Part shown: positions 13,706 to 26,830 of the stretch, one piece after another
How positions within the stretch are numbered: position 1 is the first letter of the stretch
Layout of the letters: the number at the start of each line of letters is the position of its first letter
DNA from: Octopus vulgaris
Taxonomy: Eukaryota
Assembly (NCBI GenBank): GCA_951406725.2
Contig: CATOCA020000001.1
Coordinates: 9,238,001 to 9,302,000 of the forward strand
Length of the DNA stretch: 64,000 bases
Direction: 5' to 3'
Program-made: the position numbers and the translations under genes
The notes under the pieces: model-generated
Told to the model about the DNA's origin: nothing
The model's input: the letters and a program-made list of their open reading frames with translations, nothing else
The model's database searches: none

Positions 13706-15643
13706 TATGTTTGACTTTTGCTTTATGTCTGTACAAGTTGGCTCCAAGTCTCACCCAGAGACCTCAAGAGACAACAGGTTGGAAGTTCTGTGCCAAATAT
13801 TTGGGGTTCTTTGGGGGGATTTTTTGGTGTTGTACTAGTGAATGTCTAATACATAAAAATAAAAAAAATTAAAAATAAAAAAAAAAAAATAAAAAAAAGT
13901 TTGTTTTAAACCTTGGGATTACATAGAGAGTATTTTGCGTAGGATATGAGCAGTTCCCATGAGCACTATCTTTTGAATTTCTGCCATTTTGGGGTTTCCT
14001 GGTGTCTGAGTTAGGTAGCAATCAGTCCCTTTCGCTATCATTCCCAGGGCACTATGACAACAGGTATTGTTTTAGTCTTCAGCTTCCACATTTTGCTGAT
14101 TTCTATTTCAAGATCTTTATATTTGCTCAGTTTTTGGTAGGTCCTGACAGATACGTTTATATTGATTGGGACAGTCATATCAATGAGGAGGCATGTTCTT
14201 TGTCTGAAGTCTTTCAATATGATGTCTGGCCTATTTGCATCTATCTTTCTGTCAGTTTGAATGGTGAAGTTCCAGAGGAGTGAGAGGTGGTCATTTTCAA
14301 GCACTGGAGGTGGATTGTGTTCCCACCAGTTTTTTTCATGGGGCAAATCCAGGTTTTTGCAGATTACCCAGTGAATATATTGTGCAGCTCTATCATGCCT
14401 GTTGAGGTACTCTGTAGGCGCTAGAAGACTGAACTTGGCGACAGCATGATCAATGGTTTAATTTGTTGTTGACATACACGACATGTTGGGCTACTGCCCT
14501 TCTTTAATATGTTGGCCTGGTAGTTTCTTGTTGGTAGGCATTGATCTTGAGCTGCTATGATAAACCCCTCTGTTTCAGATTTTAAGCCAGAGGCCATTAG
14601 CCATTGATGGGTCAGGGCTTTGTCAACATCTGCATTATTCACTCTCTTTGGATATATGCCATAGAGAGGTTTTTCTTGCCATTTATCATTCAGAATATCT
14701 ACGGCAGCTGTTTTAGCACGGCTTTCACGCGCTTAGCTTTTTCTGTGCTTGTTTCTTGTATGTCTATCTCTAATTCCGAAATTGGTTGTATTCGGAATTC
14801 ACTTAGATATTCCTTTGCCTGTTTTGTGACTGAGTTTGATGCTTTCTTGTTTTCATGTTTTGAGACAAATTTTAACATCTAGTCCTCAGAGTTTTTCAGG
14901 TAGGTGTCTAGGCCAATTGTAGCAACCTTCATTGTTATTGCCAGTTGTAGAAGCCCACGCTTCCCTCTTGTCTTGGTAGATAAAGTCGATCTATATCTGC
15001 CTTCGGGTGGTGCATTCTATGCATTGTCAACAGTTTTCGTATTTTTCTGTCAAGATTACATATTTCAGTAATTGACCAGTTAACGATATTGAAACTGTTA
15101 GTCACGACTGGTATAGCTAAAGCATTGATCGCATCGATCCTGCTTCTTGCATTCAGCTCTGTCTTGAGTATTGCTCTCACTCTTCGATAACATTTTCTCC
15201 TGATCCTTTCCTTCATCTCTGAATGCCTTATTCCATCCCCTTCAATTACCCCTAGGTACTAGTAGCTCTCCGCTGGGTCTAGTTCTTTTATGACATTCTG
15301 CTGGTCGAGGTAACGTTAGATGTTTCTGTCACTTTTCCTTAGCTTTTGCACATTTCTCGAGGCCAAATTGCATTCTGATATCATCGCTGGATTGTTTAAC
15401 AATTGTTAGTAAGCCCTTGAGTTGTTGGTCATTTTTTGCAAAGAGCTTTAAATCATCCATGTAAATGAGATGATTTATATTTTTATCCTACATTTTATTA
15501 TATCCGCACTGTGCATCATTGAGCAATTTTGAGGGAGGTATTAAGGCTAAACAAAAGAGGAGTGGTGATCGTGAGTCACCCTGGAAAATGCCACATGAAA
15601 TATTTAAATCACTAGCGTTTAGAAATTCATCGTCACTGTTCAA
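13705..15643 (-). mobile_element. 5'-truncated Dong/R4-type LINE (RT, CCHC, restriction-like endonuclease), frameshifted
   Basis: GIFQGDS.SPLLF, NHLIYMDDLKL, HPKADIDRLYLPR, ETEGFIIAAQDQ, CRVC..RHDRAA, NRPDIILKD..LIDMTVP..KYKDL, ending QKIVLMGTAHILRKILSM* near 13919; 3' end abuts (AAT)n. Confidence 0.93.
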
Positions 15644-15846
15644 ACTTTAAGTTGGTGCCCCTATAATGCTCATTAGAAATTTGGTTCCCCCAAATCAATG
15701 CAATGGCACACGTTTGATCGTTAAGTCCTTATCTCCCACCGTAAACTTATATCAATATTTGCCTGAATAATCATCATAATTCAGTGCAATCATTAACAGT
15801 ACTTTCAAGCAATTCAGCCCCGAGCAACGCCGGGCAATTCTGCTAG
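15642..15846 (+). mobile_element. Helitron fragment: Pif1-helicase piece joined to a canonical 3' terminus
   Basis: Translates KL*VGAPIMLIRNLVPPNQCNGTRLIVKSL; ends with hairpin GCCCCGAGCAACGCCGGGC and CTAG (15843-15846) followed by T. Confidence 0.88.
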
Positions 15847-15849
15847 TTG

Positions 15850-16210
15850 GTATATACATATACACATACATATAACATGCATACATACACTAATATACAC
15901 ATACACTCATACGCACAAACATGCATACAAAAGAAGCACATACATACATCTATGTATGGATATCTATGTATGTGTGTATGTGTGCATGAATGAATGTATG
16001 AATGTATATGTGTATCTGCGTATGATTGTATATAGGTATGTGTATGTGTATGTATGTATTTAACACACATAGACACACACAAGCATTATACACACCTACA
16101 TACATACATACCACTCTGCACACAAACATATATACATGAACACACATAGACACATACATACATATATACATGCATATATAATTACATGCATACACACATA
16201 CATGCATACA

Positions 16211-16241
<31 letters not shown>

Positions 16242-17185
16242 GCCCGCAGACATATACACATCCGTACATACTCACATACATATATAAGCACTTACATATA
16301 TACCAACATACTTGCATATATACACACATATATAGTCACATACATACACACATACTTACACACATACACACATACATACACACTTACACGCATACATTCA
16401 TACACACACGCATACATTCATACACACATGCATACTGATATACACACATATTTACATACACCCACATTCGCACATACACACACATACATTCATACAGACA
16501 TATAAATACACATACATAAATACATACATACACACATACACACACATACATATTTCCATACTTAATCACATACGTACAAACACACATACACACGCACATA
16601 CACACAAACATACACGCATGCATTCATATATAAAAAAATATATACATACATATCCACATTCGTATATATGTGTGTGTGGATGTATGTATGCGTTTTTGTA
16701 TCTTTGTATATATTTAAGTATGTATGTATGTATGAATATATTTATGTATGTATATATGTATGTGTATGTGTGTATATATGTATGTGTGTATGTATGTATT
16801 TATGCGTACACATGTATGCAGACAGACAAACTTGTGAACTTACACACATAACATACATGCACACACACAAACACGCATGTACACATATATACATACACAT
16901 ATACTTACATACACATACAAATAAATACGCACATTTATACACATACGCACATACATAATTACACAGATACATACACACACATATATATAAGAACACTCAA
17001 AAATACACACATACACACTTACTTAAATACACATACACACACTTACATACATACACATACATACATGCATACACACACACATACATACACACTTACGTAC
17101 ACATATTCATGCTGCACACATACATACATTCATACACACGCATATACATATATACACACATAGGTACATACACACATGCATGAAT
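15850..17185. repeat. Cryptic (TACA/CA)n low-complexity block, homologous to 34383-35650
   Basis: Shares ordered interruptions such as GCAGACAGACAAACTTGTGAACTTAC and GAACACTCAAAAATACAC with the 34-35 kb block. Confidence 0.9.
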
Positions 17186-17819
17186 GTGTTTGAGAATCTC
17201 TACGCCTTCCTCTAATTTGACCACTCAACAACTAAAGTGTTTTTCGTTGCTCAAAACTTGTTTAGTAATGTCTCACCTATATACAGCTTCAGAACAGTTT
17301 CCCTTTGTTCTCTTTTTACATCCTTCTTTCCTTTTTGACACTAAATCCACATTTTCCAAACAATTGCAGTGGCCTCATCGAACTTAAGAACCCCAATTTA
17401 CTGATGTTCAAATGTCATTTTATATATATATATATTCAACTTGTAACTTGTGAATTAATTTGTATATCTAAATAAAGAAACTCTCACGAGCTTTAATAGG
17501 GTATACAGCTTTACAGCGTAACATCAATATGTTAATTTTAGATTTTAAAAAAATCTTAATTATCATAATTTAGAGTACCATTTAACTTAAGGTCAACAGG
17601 TAACATTTCATATTTTGTTGTTGTTTTTTTGCTCTTAAAATTCATTCTGAAATCCCTAAAAAGCAATAAAATCACAGAGTCAGTATTTTGGGAAACCAAA
17701 ATTACTTAATACAGCTTTGCATCTGCGAAACATACAAATGTTCAGATCATTTATCACTGTTGCGGAGATTTTTTCCCACTTTCGGCTAATAATGCTTTTA
17801 AAAAATTCTCCTTATTCTT

Positions 17820-18292
17820 TGTCTTAATACTTTTCACAGTTCTACCCAACCATTCTCAAGGATTTTCGATGGGTTCCAGCTCGGGCGACGGCGTTAGTCA
17901 CTATATCAACCGAAATCTCTTAGGTATAATGTAATTTCTGACTTGGTACGAGGTGACATTCGGGTGGTTGTCATGCTGGAAAGTCCAAATGCTTTCGGGC
18001 GTATGGAAGCATAGTATTATTCAATATTTCTAGATAGGACTTACTATCCATTCGGATTATAGAACTGACGTCTTTTCCAGACATACACCCTTACATCATC
18101 ACATTCCGCCAGAGTGCCTAATTGAAGGTTGGATGCATTTTGGATGGAATTCTTCGCCTATACGCCTTCTTACATACTTCCTGCCATCACTACCGAACAA
18201 GTTGAACTTTGATTCGTCCGACCACAACACATTCGTCCAATCTGCTGGACTCCATTTCAAATGTTCTTTAACGGGCAAATCGATTTTTCAAA
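17820..18292 (-). mobile_element. Tc1 (DD34E-type) transposase remnant, copy 1
   Basis: WTNVLWSDESKFNLFGSDGRKYVRR, WTFQHDNHP, SPELEPIEN, with stops and frameshifts. Confidence 0.88.
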
Positions 18293-19024
18293 TACACACA
18301 TACACACATACATACAGACATACTTACATACATACATGCATACATATATAAAATCATATATACATACATACATACACACATACTCACATACATACATAGA
18401 GACATACATACACACATACAAACATACACACATACACACACACATTTCATACATACACACATACATACATGTGTGTATGTATGTACGTGTGAATGTACTT
18501 ATATATGCACGTATCTGTATATATATCTATGCGTGTACGTATATAGATATATGTGTACATATATATATATGTGTATATATATGTATGTGTGTATGTATGT
18601 TTTATGTACATGTATATGTACGTATGTACCTATGTATGTCTGTAGGTACATAAATTTATATATGCATACATTCTTACATCCATAAATACATTTATACATA
18701 CATACATTCATATATACATTCAATTATGCATAGAAGCATAAATACATAAATAGATACATACAAACATATTTATATACATGCATTCATATATACATACATA
18801 CATACATATATACATACATGTACGTACACACATACCCATATACATACACACATACATACAAACATATATACACACATACACATGCATACATACGTACATA
18901 CACATACACATATAGATACATGCACTCATACATACACAAATACATGTATATATACACATATATATACATACATATACGTATATGCACACATACATATATG
19001 CACAAATACATACAATCTTACATA

Positions 19025-19401
19025 CACTACTGTCAGAAATTAATTAGCATCCTTGATTTGCTCTTCACTCAAGGTATGTGCTGTCACCTAGTGGCCATAT
19101 CTCGAACTATTGCTTTGTTGCGAGTTCACTGTTGCGCAGAACGATGACGTAACTTTGTTTGCAGAGCAGTTTGAGAGTCTACAGCCTTATGATGTTGACA
19201 TAGCAGTGCAACAACTTGGAGTGCGGATGCAGACAAATCTTCCTTTGTTTAATAGATATAGGTAGCACCTCGCAAGGACCGAAATCACACCATACTAAGT
19301 TTTCTCATCGCGTAAGACGTTTTGAACAGCTCATAGGTTAATTAATTTAACCTATTTAATGTAGAAATTTGAGAAGTGCTAATTAATTTCTGACGCAAGT
19401 G
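19025..19401. mobile_element. Tc1/mariner-type MITE, ~377 bp
   Basis: ~26-bp TIRs CACTACTGTCAGAAATTAATTAGCA / TGCTAATTAATTTCTGACGCAAGTG with TA on both sides. Confidence 0.85.
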
Positions 19402-19949
19402 TACACATATACATGCACACATATGTACACACATACATATATACGGACGTATATACGTACATACATATACGCTTGCTACATACATACATACGTACATACG
19501 CACATACATATATACATACATACGCACATACATTCATAAACACACACACATATGTATATACACGCATGCATACATACATAAATACATACACACAGACATA
19601 CGTACGCAGATACATAGATACATACATTTAAACATACATGCATAAACACAGTCATGCATATATACATCCATACGTACACACATATATATGTACATACATG
19701 TATACATACACACATACATTTGCTCATAGATGCATAGATACGAGCATGCATACATACATAGGCACCTACATGCAAGTATGCATCTATACATATATATATA
19801 CACACATGCATTTCTACATATACACACATACATACACACATACATACATATATAAATGCATGCATACATTACAAACCTACGCACATACTTAGTTGCATAC
19901 AAGCATATACATGCATGCATGTGTACATACATACATACTGTACTAACTT

Positions 19950-22900
19950 TTATGGCAGCCCCCTTTTTATCGAGTATGGCCATTGCACGAAGCCTAACTG
20001 TTACTGGTTCTGTGATCGAATGTGACTTTTTAGCCCAGCCAAAGATCTACAATGTCTTGTACAGAATTGGCAGCTATAACCTTTTCTGGTAATAGTCGGC
20101 TGTAGTTGTAACTGGGCTTCATGTACCTTTGCATGTCGTTTAAGTCCTCCTGATGAATTACACTCTCTTCCACATGCCCGATAGATATGATTAGTATGGT
20201 GTGTTACACCACCACCAGTGGCCAGGTTGTCACTCATCTGTCTCGTTTTATGACTACGAAGATGACTCATGAGTCCAGCTTTACTGAGGCAGGGTCTTGC
20301 ACAGACATCGCATGTCAGAATCAAAGGAAGACCCTTCCCTTCTGGAAGTGTAACAGCGATGCCCTTCCTGACATATCTCCTTACTTTCTCATGTGCAACT
20401 CGAGATTTCTCAAAAGTGGCTGTCCCCTCATGCACAATCCTTCTCCACCTGCTACGATCAATGCCTTCCCATGTGTCAGGAGAGATGCAAGCATCTCTTA
20501 AGGAAGTCTTCAGCAAGTCCTTATATCTCTTTTTTGGTTAATGTGGAGGTCGTTCTCCTTTATCTAATAGTTCTCCTTTAGCTAATCCATCTGAGCCTTT
20601 GCTTTAACACAAGATATTCTATACTTTCACACCGAGAGCCTTCGAGTATTTCAAGATCACTGATGCGGTCCTTCCACTTAACGCCATAGATCCGTCTGAG
20701 GCACATCTGATGGAAACGGTCCAGTTGTTTAAGGTGGTATCGATATGCGACCCACGTCTCGCAGGCATAGAGAATAAAAGGGAGCACACATGCCTTGTAC
20801 ACCTTTATCTTTGTCTTTCTGCATATGTCTCGCCGACTCCAGAGGCGCTTTTCTAGCCTTCCGAAAGCAACACTTGCTTTCCTAATTCTATATGGAATTT
20901 CATCATCCACATTGCCATATCTATTAATAGTGCTTCCCAGGTAGACAAACTGATCCACTACATCAAGTCGTTACCATTCACATAGATATTTGGTACACTA
21001 TACTGCTTACCAGGGGCAGGTTGATGCATGACATCAGTTTTCTTGAAATTGACTGTCAATCCTGAGGCAGTGCAAGCTTCAGAGAATGCATTCAAAATGT
21101 GTTGCATATCAATCTCTGTGTGTGCTACTAGCTCAAAATCATCAGCATACATAAGGTCTCTTATGATAGAGGTAAATATCTTTGTTTTTACAGCAAGGCG
21201 CCTGCTATTAAATATGCTGCCAGAGGTTCGATAATGGACGTAAACACCGTATCTGCAGTTTCTGAATGCAATACAGGACACCATCGCGAAATATATGGAA
21301 AATAGGGTCGGTGTCAGAATATCCCCCTGTTTCACTCCATTTTGTATTGAAATGGGCTCCGACATTTTCCCTCTAACATTCACCCTACTATTCATGTCTT
21401 CATGAAAAGATCTAACCAAACCAAAGCAAGGAACTTTTCAGGACACCCAAGTTTCTGGAGGACTTTCCACAATGCTTTTCTATTGACGTTATCACAGGCT
21501 TTTGTCAGATCGACAAAAACCTGATACAAATCCAGACCCTGTTCCACACACTTTTCCTGAAGCCGAAAAAGATCATATCAGCAGTGCCACGTCCCACACG
21601 AAAGCCAGATTGACTTCTGGAAGAACACAGTCTGCAATGTATTTCAGCAGACGATCCAGAAGTATCCTGCATAAAACCTTTCCTACAGCAGACAGCAATG
21701 ATACTCCCCTATAATTACCACAATCATTCCTGTTGCCCTGTCCCTTATACAGGACCACCATTACTGCATCCCTCCAGTCCTCAGGTACAGATTCACTAGT
21801 CCATATCTTACCAAACAAACAGTGAAGTTTCTGCAGAAGTTTCTCACCACCATGCTGTAACAACTCCGCTTGTATGCCATCCATACCTGGAGACTTCCCA
21901 TTGTTCAACCTTGAGACAGCTATTGCAACTTCTTCCAGCTTTGGTGGTTCCGCGAGTGCTGCCTTCACAGGCAATCTAGGGATGAGATTGAGAACATCCT
22001 CACTAACTACAGACTGTTGATTCAAAAGTTCATCAAAGTGTTCTTGCCACCTTCTCAGAATTCCTTGTGAATCACGAAGAAGTTCTTTACCATCCCTGCT
22101 TTGAAGTGGTGTCATCAGGGAAGACGTCGGTCCATAAACTTCTCGCAAGAGACCATACAACAGCTTTGTGTTATTGGAATCTGATGCCGCCTGTATCTCA
22201 TCAGCCTTCTTACTCCGCCACGTATCCCTCATCTGAGAGAGCCTTTGCCTCACACGTGATTTTACGTCCTTGAGTTCCCTATGCAACACTTCCCTTTCCT
22301 GTGACATTGCTGACAAATAGCGTGACAATGTACGTCTTTTATCAGCCAATAAATCATCTATATGTTCATCATTTTCTTTGAACCAATCTTGATGCTTTCT
22401 TTGTATCAATCCCAGAACTTTCTTGCCTATATCATAAGCTGACTTTTTAAGGGTCGGCCAATCCTCCCCAATATCTGCAGCATTCATTTCCTCTCGTAAA
22501 GTACTCTTCACACTATTATACCTAAGACGATCAACATTCAGTTGTCATCCCTGCAGCTCGGTTTTTACGTTTTGTGACTAATTTCACTTTTGCGTGTACG
22601 AGGCGGTGGTTAGTCCAACACTCAGCTCCACGAAGAACACAAACACACTGCACATCCTGTCTGTCACACACCCTAACTAGGCTGTAATCCAGAATATGCC
22701 ATTATTTAGATGCAGGGTGCATCCATGTAGTCTTAAGCTTATTATTTTGTTGAAGCATGGTATTGGTAACACAGACTCAGCTCCTCACACATCTGCAGCA
22801 AAAGCATGCCATTACTATTACACTTCCCCACCCCATGCTTTCCAATTACAGTCCATGTGTTAAAATCTCTACCCACTCTAGCATTAAAGTCACCCAGTAG

Positions 22901-24092
22901 GATGACTTTGTCTTTCCGAGGGATATTTCTTATAATGCCCTTCAATGCATGGTAGAAAGAAAGTTTTTCGTCATCAGTATAGAACATAGTTGGAGCATAC
23001 ACACTCACCAAGGTCATATAATTTCCTTTAACCAATGGAATTCTCATGGACATAAGACGCTCGTTAATTCCGATTGGGAATTCTTCCAACTTGTCCACAA
23101 GAGTAGTCTTAAAAGCAAATGCCACTCCAGCTTCTCCTCTAAACTCTTCATTCCACCCTTTCCAAAAGAATGTATATTTTCCACAAGATTCTGTAAGATG
23201 ACCATCTCCAGGTAATCTCGTCTCAGATATAGCAACGATGTCAAGATCATAGCGTTGAAGCTCCTTCGCAACAAGCGCAGTCCTTGTTTAAGGACAATCA
23301 GAGGACTTGCGGTCAAGCAGTGTCCGTACATTCCAACAGTCGATATTCACTATTTTCTTTGGTTCTATGACAGTAGCATGATGACAGCCGGGTTCAGTCT
23401 GTGATGCTCTGGAGCCCCTGCCGGGCCAGACTCTTTCAGCTGATGTGGTCCCAGAGTCCTTACTGCCATTTATTTTTATACTGTTTTGGTACATCATTGA
23501 TTTTTTGCTTTTTAAGGTTACTGCCAGCCATGCACTTGAGACTCACAGCACTATCAACAATCACGAATTAGTTTAATCAATCCAATATAGTTATCGTGCA
23601 ATGCCTGTGCTAGAAGATTCTTTTTTTAAATGTGAGGAAAGGCTGTGCACTGAGTCAATCCCACTCACTAAGCAACAGCAGCCATAATCCGAAAAGAAGA
23701 ACAAGTCAACATCATCGGTAACCACTGAGCCGCAGGTTTTATGTCGGAGTTATCCCAGTTACCTGAGTTACCTTCTCCTAGAAAGATGCCCTAACAAAGG
23801 CTAGGAGTCATTCACTCCCAATGGTTTAACCGCGCAATCGGGCATTCAGTCCGATTATTTCTACGTCCCCGCGCATGATACAGCCTTAAGACATTTATTG
23901 GATGGCCGTTGACTCCCAAGAGTTCTTCCGCCCTTTGAAGGGTTTTGTTTTACATCCTGCAGGGTGTCCAATAAACACCCTCCTCACCAAGCAAGCTTCG
24001 TGGGGTTGCCGCTTTAGTCGCCGACGAGCCGACCATGCAATAGGTTGTACTGGGTTACATGTTACCAGTAGCACTCGAAAGTGACCTGACGT
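19950..24092 (-). mobile_element. Near-full-length decayed RTE (BovB-like) LINE with C-terminal C2H2 array
   Basis: Colinear ORF pieces: CWNVRTLLD, YAPT, GDFNARVG, KSPGMDGI, NYRGVSLL, GVKQGDIL.PTLFSIYF, YADD, FVYLGS, LYACETW, then C2H2 fingers; ~600-bp 5'UTR. Confidence 0.95.
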
Positions 24093-24246
24093 AACACAAA
24101 CATACATATATACATATATACATACACACACATATATATATATACACACACATATATATACATACACACACACATGAATATATATACATACAGACAGACA
24201 GACAAACATACACAAACATACATACATACACTCATACATACACTCA

Positions 24247-24280
<34 letters not shown>

Positions 24281-24382
24281 CATACATATATATACACACA
24301 CACATATATATATATGCACACACATATATATGTATACATACACAGACACACATGGATATATACATACACACATACATACATT

Positions 24383-25346
24383 TGAATGTCGTATCCTATC
24401 CCTTCAGCAACACCTCTTAACCTTGACCAAGTTTGCATAGATGAGGCTGATGATATCATAAGACTTGGAAGGTAACTCCTTGAGCAGCATTCCTTGTCAG
24501 ATAACCTGAAATGCATACCCATAGAAGTTGTGCGACTCTATCGCTACGTATCATTGGGGGAAACGATGAGCATATATCAGCAGAAGATTATTCATGGATA
24601 CATTTGTAGGAGGCTCCATTATGATAGTAACACTGATCATCAAAGCGATCTATGATGGACCAATATCCGGATTACTACCTCCCACTTTGAAGGTATCCGT
24701 TTGCATTTCGGAAACAGAAAATATCAACCAAATACCTACAGCACAAAAGCGATAGGGATGCAGGAAGAGTAGTAAAATGTTCTTCTGGTGCAGATTTTGT
24801 GGGGTTAACACCGAACACATCAATCATTCACAAGCAGTTGTCTGAAAATCTTATCACAGTATAATCTACCGATGAGGCATGATGTGGTAGCAAGGTCACA
24901 CTGTGATGAAATTCATTGGAAGGGTAACATCGAGGACAAAGAAATAAGAACCCACATTATGGTAGAAGACATAGCTACTAATAATAAAAAGGAGTACTAG
25001 TGGAATATAAGCACAGTAGACCTGATATAACGATTTGGGATAGAGAAGAGAAACTGTGTACAAATGTGGAAATTGCTGTCCAGCGGATGTTAACTTAAAG
25101 ATGAAGATCAATGAAAAAGAGAACACCTACGCTGAACTATTGAGAAATCTGAAGTTACACTAACCAAATTACAAGTTCAGATTTATACCTGTAATTATTG
25201 GATATGTAACAACCCTGCCTAAATAACGATCTTAAGAAATTCGGCTTCTCAAAACCAGAAAGGAGAAAGCTAATTCGAAAAATACAGATCCAAACCATCA
25301 CTGGAACTGTAGAAATCCGTAAAACTTTCCAGAAGTTTAGCATTTA
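24383..25346 (+). mobile_element. Degenerate Dong/R4-like LINE 3' portion, a different family from 13.7 kb
   Basis: CRFCGVNTEHINH..SSC..LPMRHDVVA zinc knuckle; YAELLRNLK..YKFRFIPVII..IQIQTITGTVEIRKTF end. Confidence 0.7.
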
Positions 25347-26208
25347 AATATATATCAGCATGCCTAGATATGCAACTATATGCATGAGTATACATACAGA
25401 GTACAAATCATACAAATCTGCACATATAAATACATACAAACAAACAAAAATACCCTGTTGTTAATGTTGTAATTCCAATGAAGGAGCCTTGGACCTAGGT
25501 TAGAAACCGGCGCTTTCTCTACGGGAAAAACTTCTTGAAATAAAACCAAATAATGTCATACATATATACATTGCCATACTCAGTGCCCCGATCCATCATT
25601 CAGTGAGATATCCAAGTGCTAGATTTCTTCTACTTAATATTTTTAGAGCAGAACAAAAAAGATATTTGATATTTGACAAAACTGCAAACATCAATTTTAC
25701 AAAATCAATAGCGTTCCTTAACTTTTTAAAATTCTATTTATAGCATTTATGTTTCAATTTGTTTAGGGATAAACATTTATTTTATTTTATTCAAAATTAA
25801 AAGTATTTTTTTGTTTTTCGGATTTTAAGATTTTTCTTCCAAGTTCTTAGTTTTAGTATAAGATATAGAAGAGTTTAAAAGGAAACAAGTCTTGATAAAT
25901 ATTACGATGGTGTACTTCATTTCTAATTCTACTTTCAAATTATTGGGAATTATAAAGATAACCTAAACACTTTTGATGGCGACGCCCTTGTACGACAAAC
26001 ACGGCAGTGGGACCACATCATAGAATATATAGGGAACATGAAACATTATAATAATTTTAGAATGATGGAATGTTTATATAAGCATTCCAATGAAATACGA
26101 CTAACACAAAGTTTTCTCAGTTACCATTTATAAATAGTGATCGAGTGAACACAATAAATGGATTTAGAGTTGGTGTTCCTTTATAACTTTGAATATTTCT
26201 AATAAAAT

Positions 26209-26401
26209 GGGCGATGAAATGGCAAAGGTGCTATCATTTCAAACAAAATGCTTTGCAGGATTTCACTGGGGCCTTTATGTTCTGATTGAAATCCTGCCAG
26301 GGTCACCTTTACCAATCATACCTCTTCGGTTCTGAGGATGAATTAACCGACTGTCCACCTCACACAGAAGCAATTCCCGGCATTGTGCCGAAACCAGAAA
26401 C
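26209..26401 (+). mobile_element. Degenerate tRNA-type SINE
   Basis: Diverged but colinear with the 8177 family (TTTATGTTCTGA..AATCCTGCCAGGGTCACCTTT..TTGTGCCGAAACCAGAAA). Confidence 0.55.
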
Positions 26402-26492
26402 AACTTTATAACGGTCTCTCTTCGATTTCATTACAATGAATTACTACGCTATGTCACATGTGTTTATGTATGCTGCCTCTGTGTCTGTGTAC

Positions 26493-26529
<37 letters not shown>

Positions 26530-26654
26530 GAATGCATAAGTATAAAACTCAATACATCCAAATTTAGTTGATTTGAAGAGGCGATTGTTTTTCTGCAGAA
26601 GGGCTTCGAAAATGCAATCGATTTAGTTACAGACCAATAACTAAGAATATGATA

Positions 26655-26830
26655 AGGCAGCTTTGCGACATCTCGTCTGTCTTAATTTTTTCTGAGTTCA
26701 AATTCCGCCGAGGTCGATTTTGCTTTTCATTATTTCAGGATCGATAACATAAGTTCCACCAGTTGAGCACTGGGGTCGATGCAATCGACTTACCCTTCCG
26801 CCGACATTACTTGCCTTATGACAAAATGTG
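26655..26830 (+). mobile_element. tRNA-type SINE
   Basis: TCTGAGTTCAAATTCCGCCGAGGTCGATTTTGCTTTTCAT...GAGCACTGGGGTCGATG. Confidence 0.85.

Noticed and set aside
25470-25515. Hammerhead-like CCAATGAAGG..GAAACCGG downstream of the Dong-like fragment
   Set aside because: The core reads CAAUGA rather than CUGANGA, and stem I does not close.
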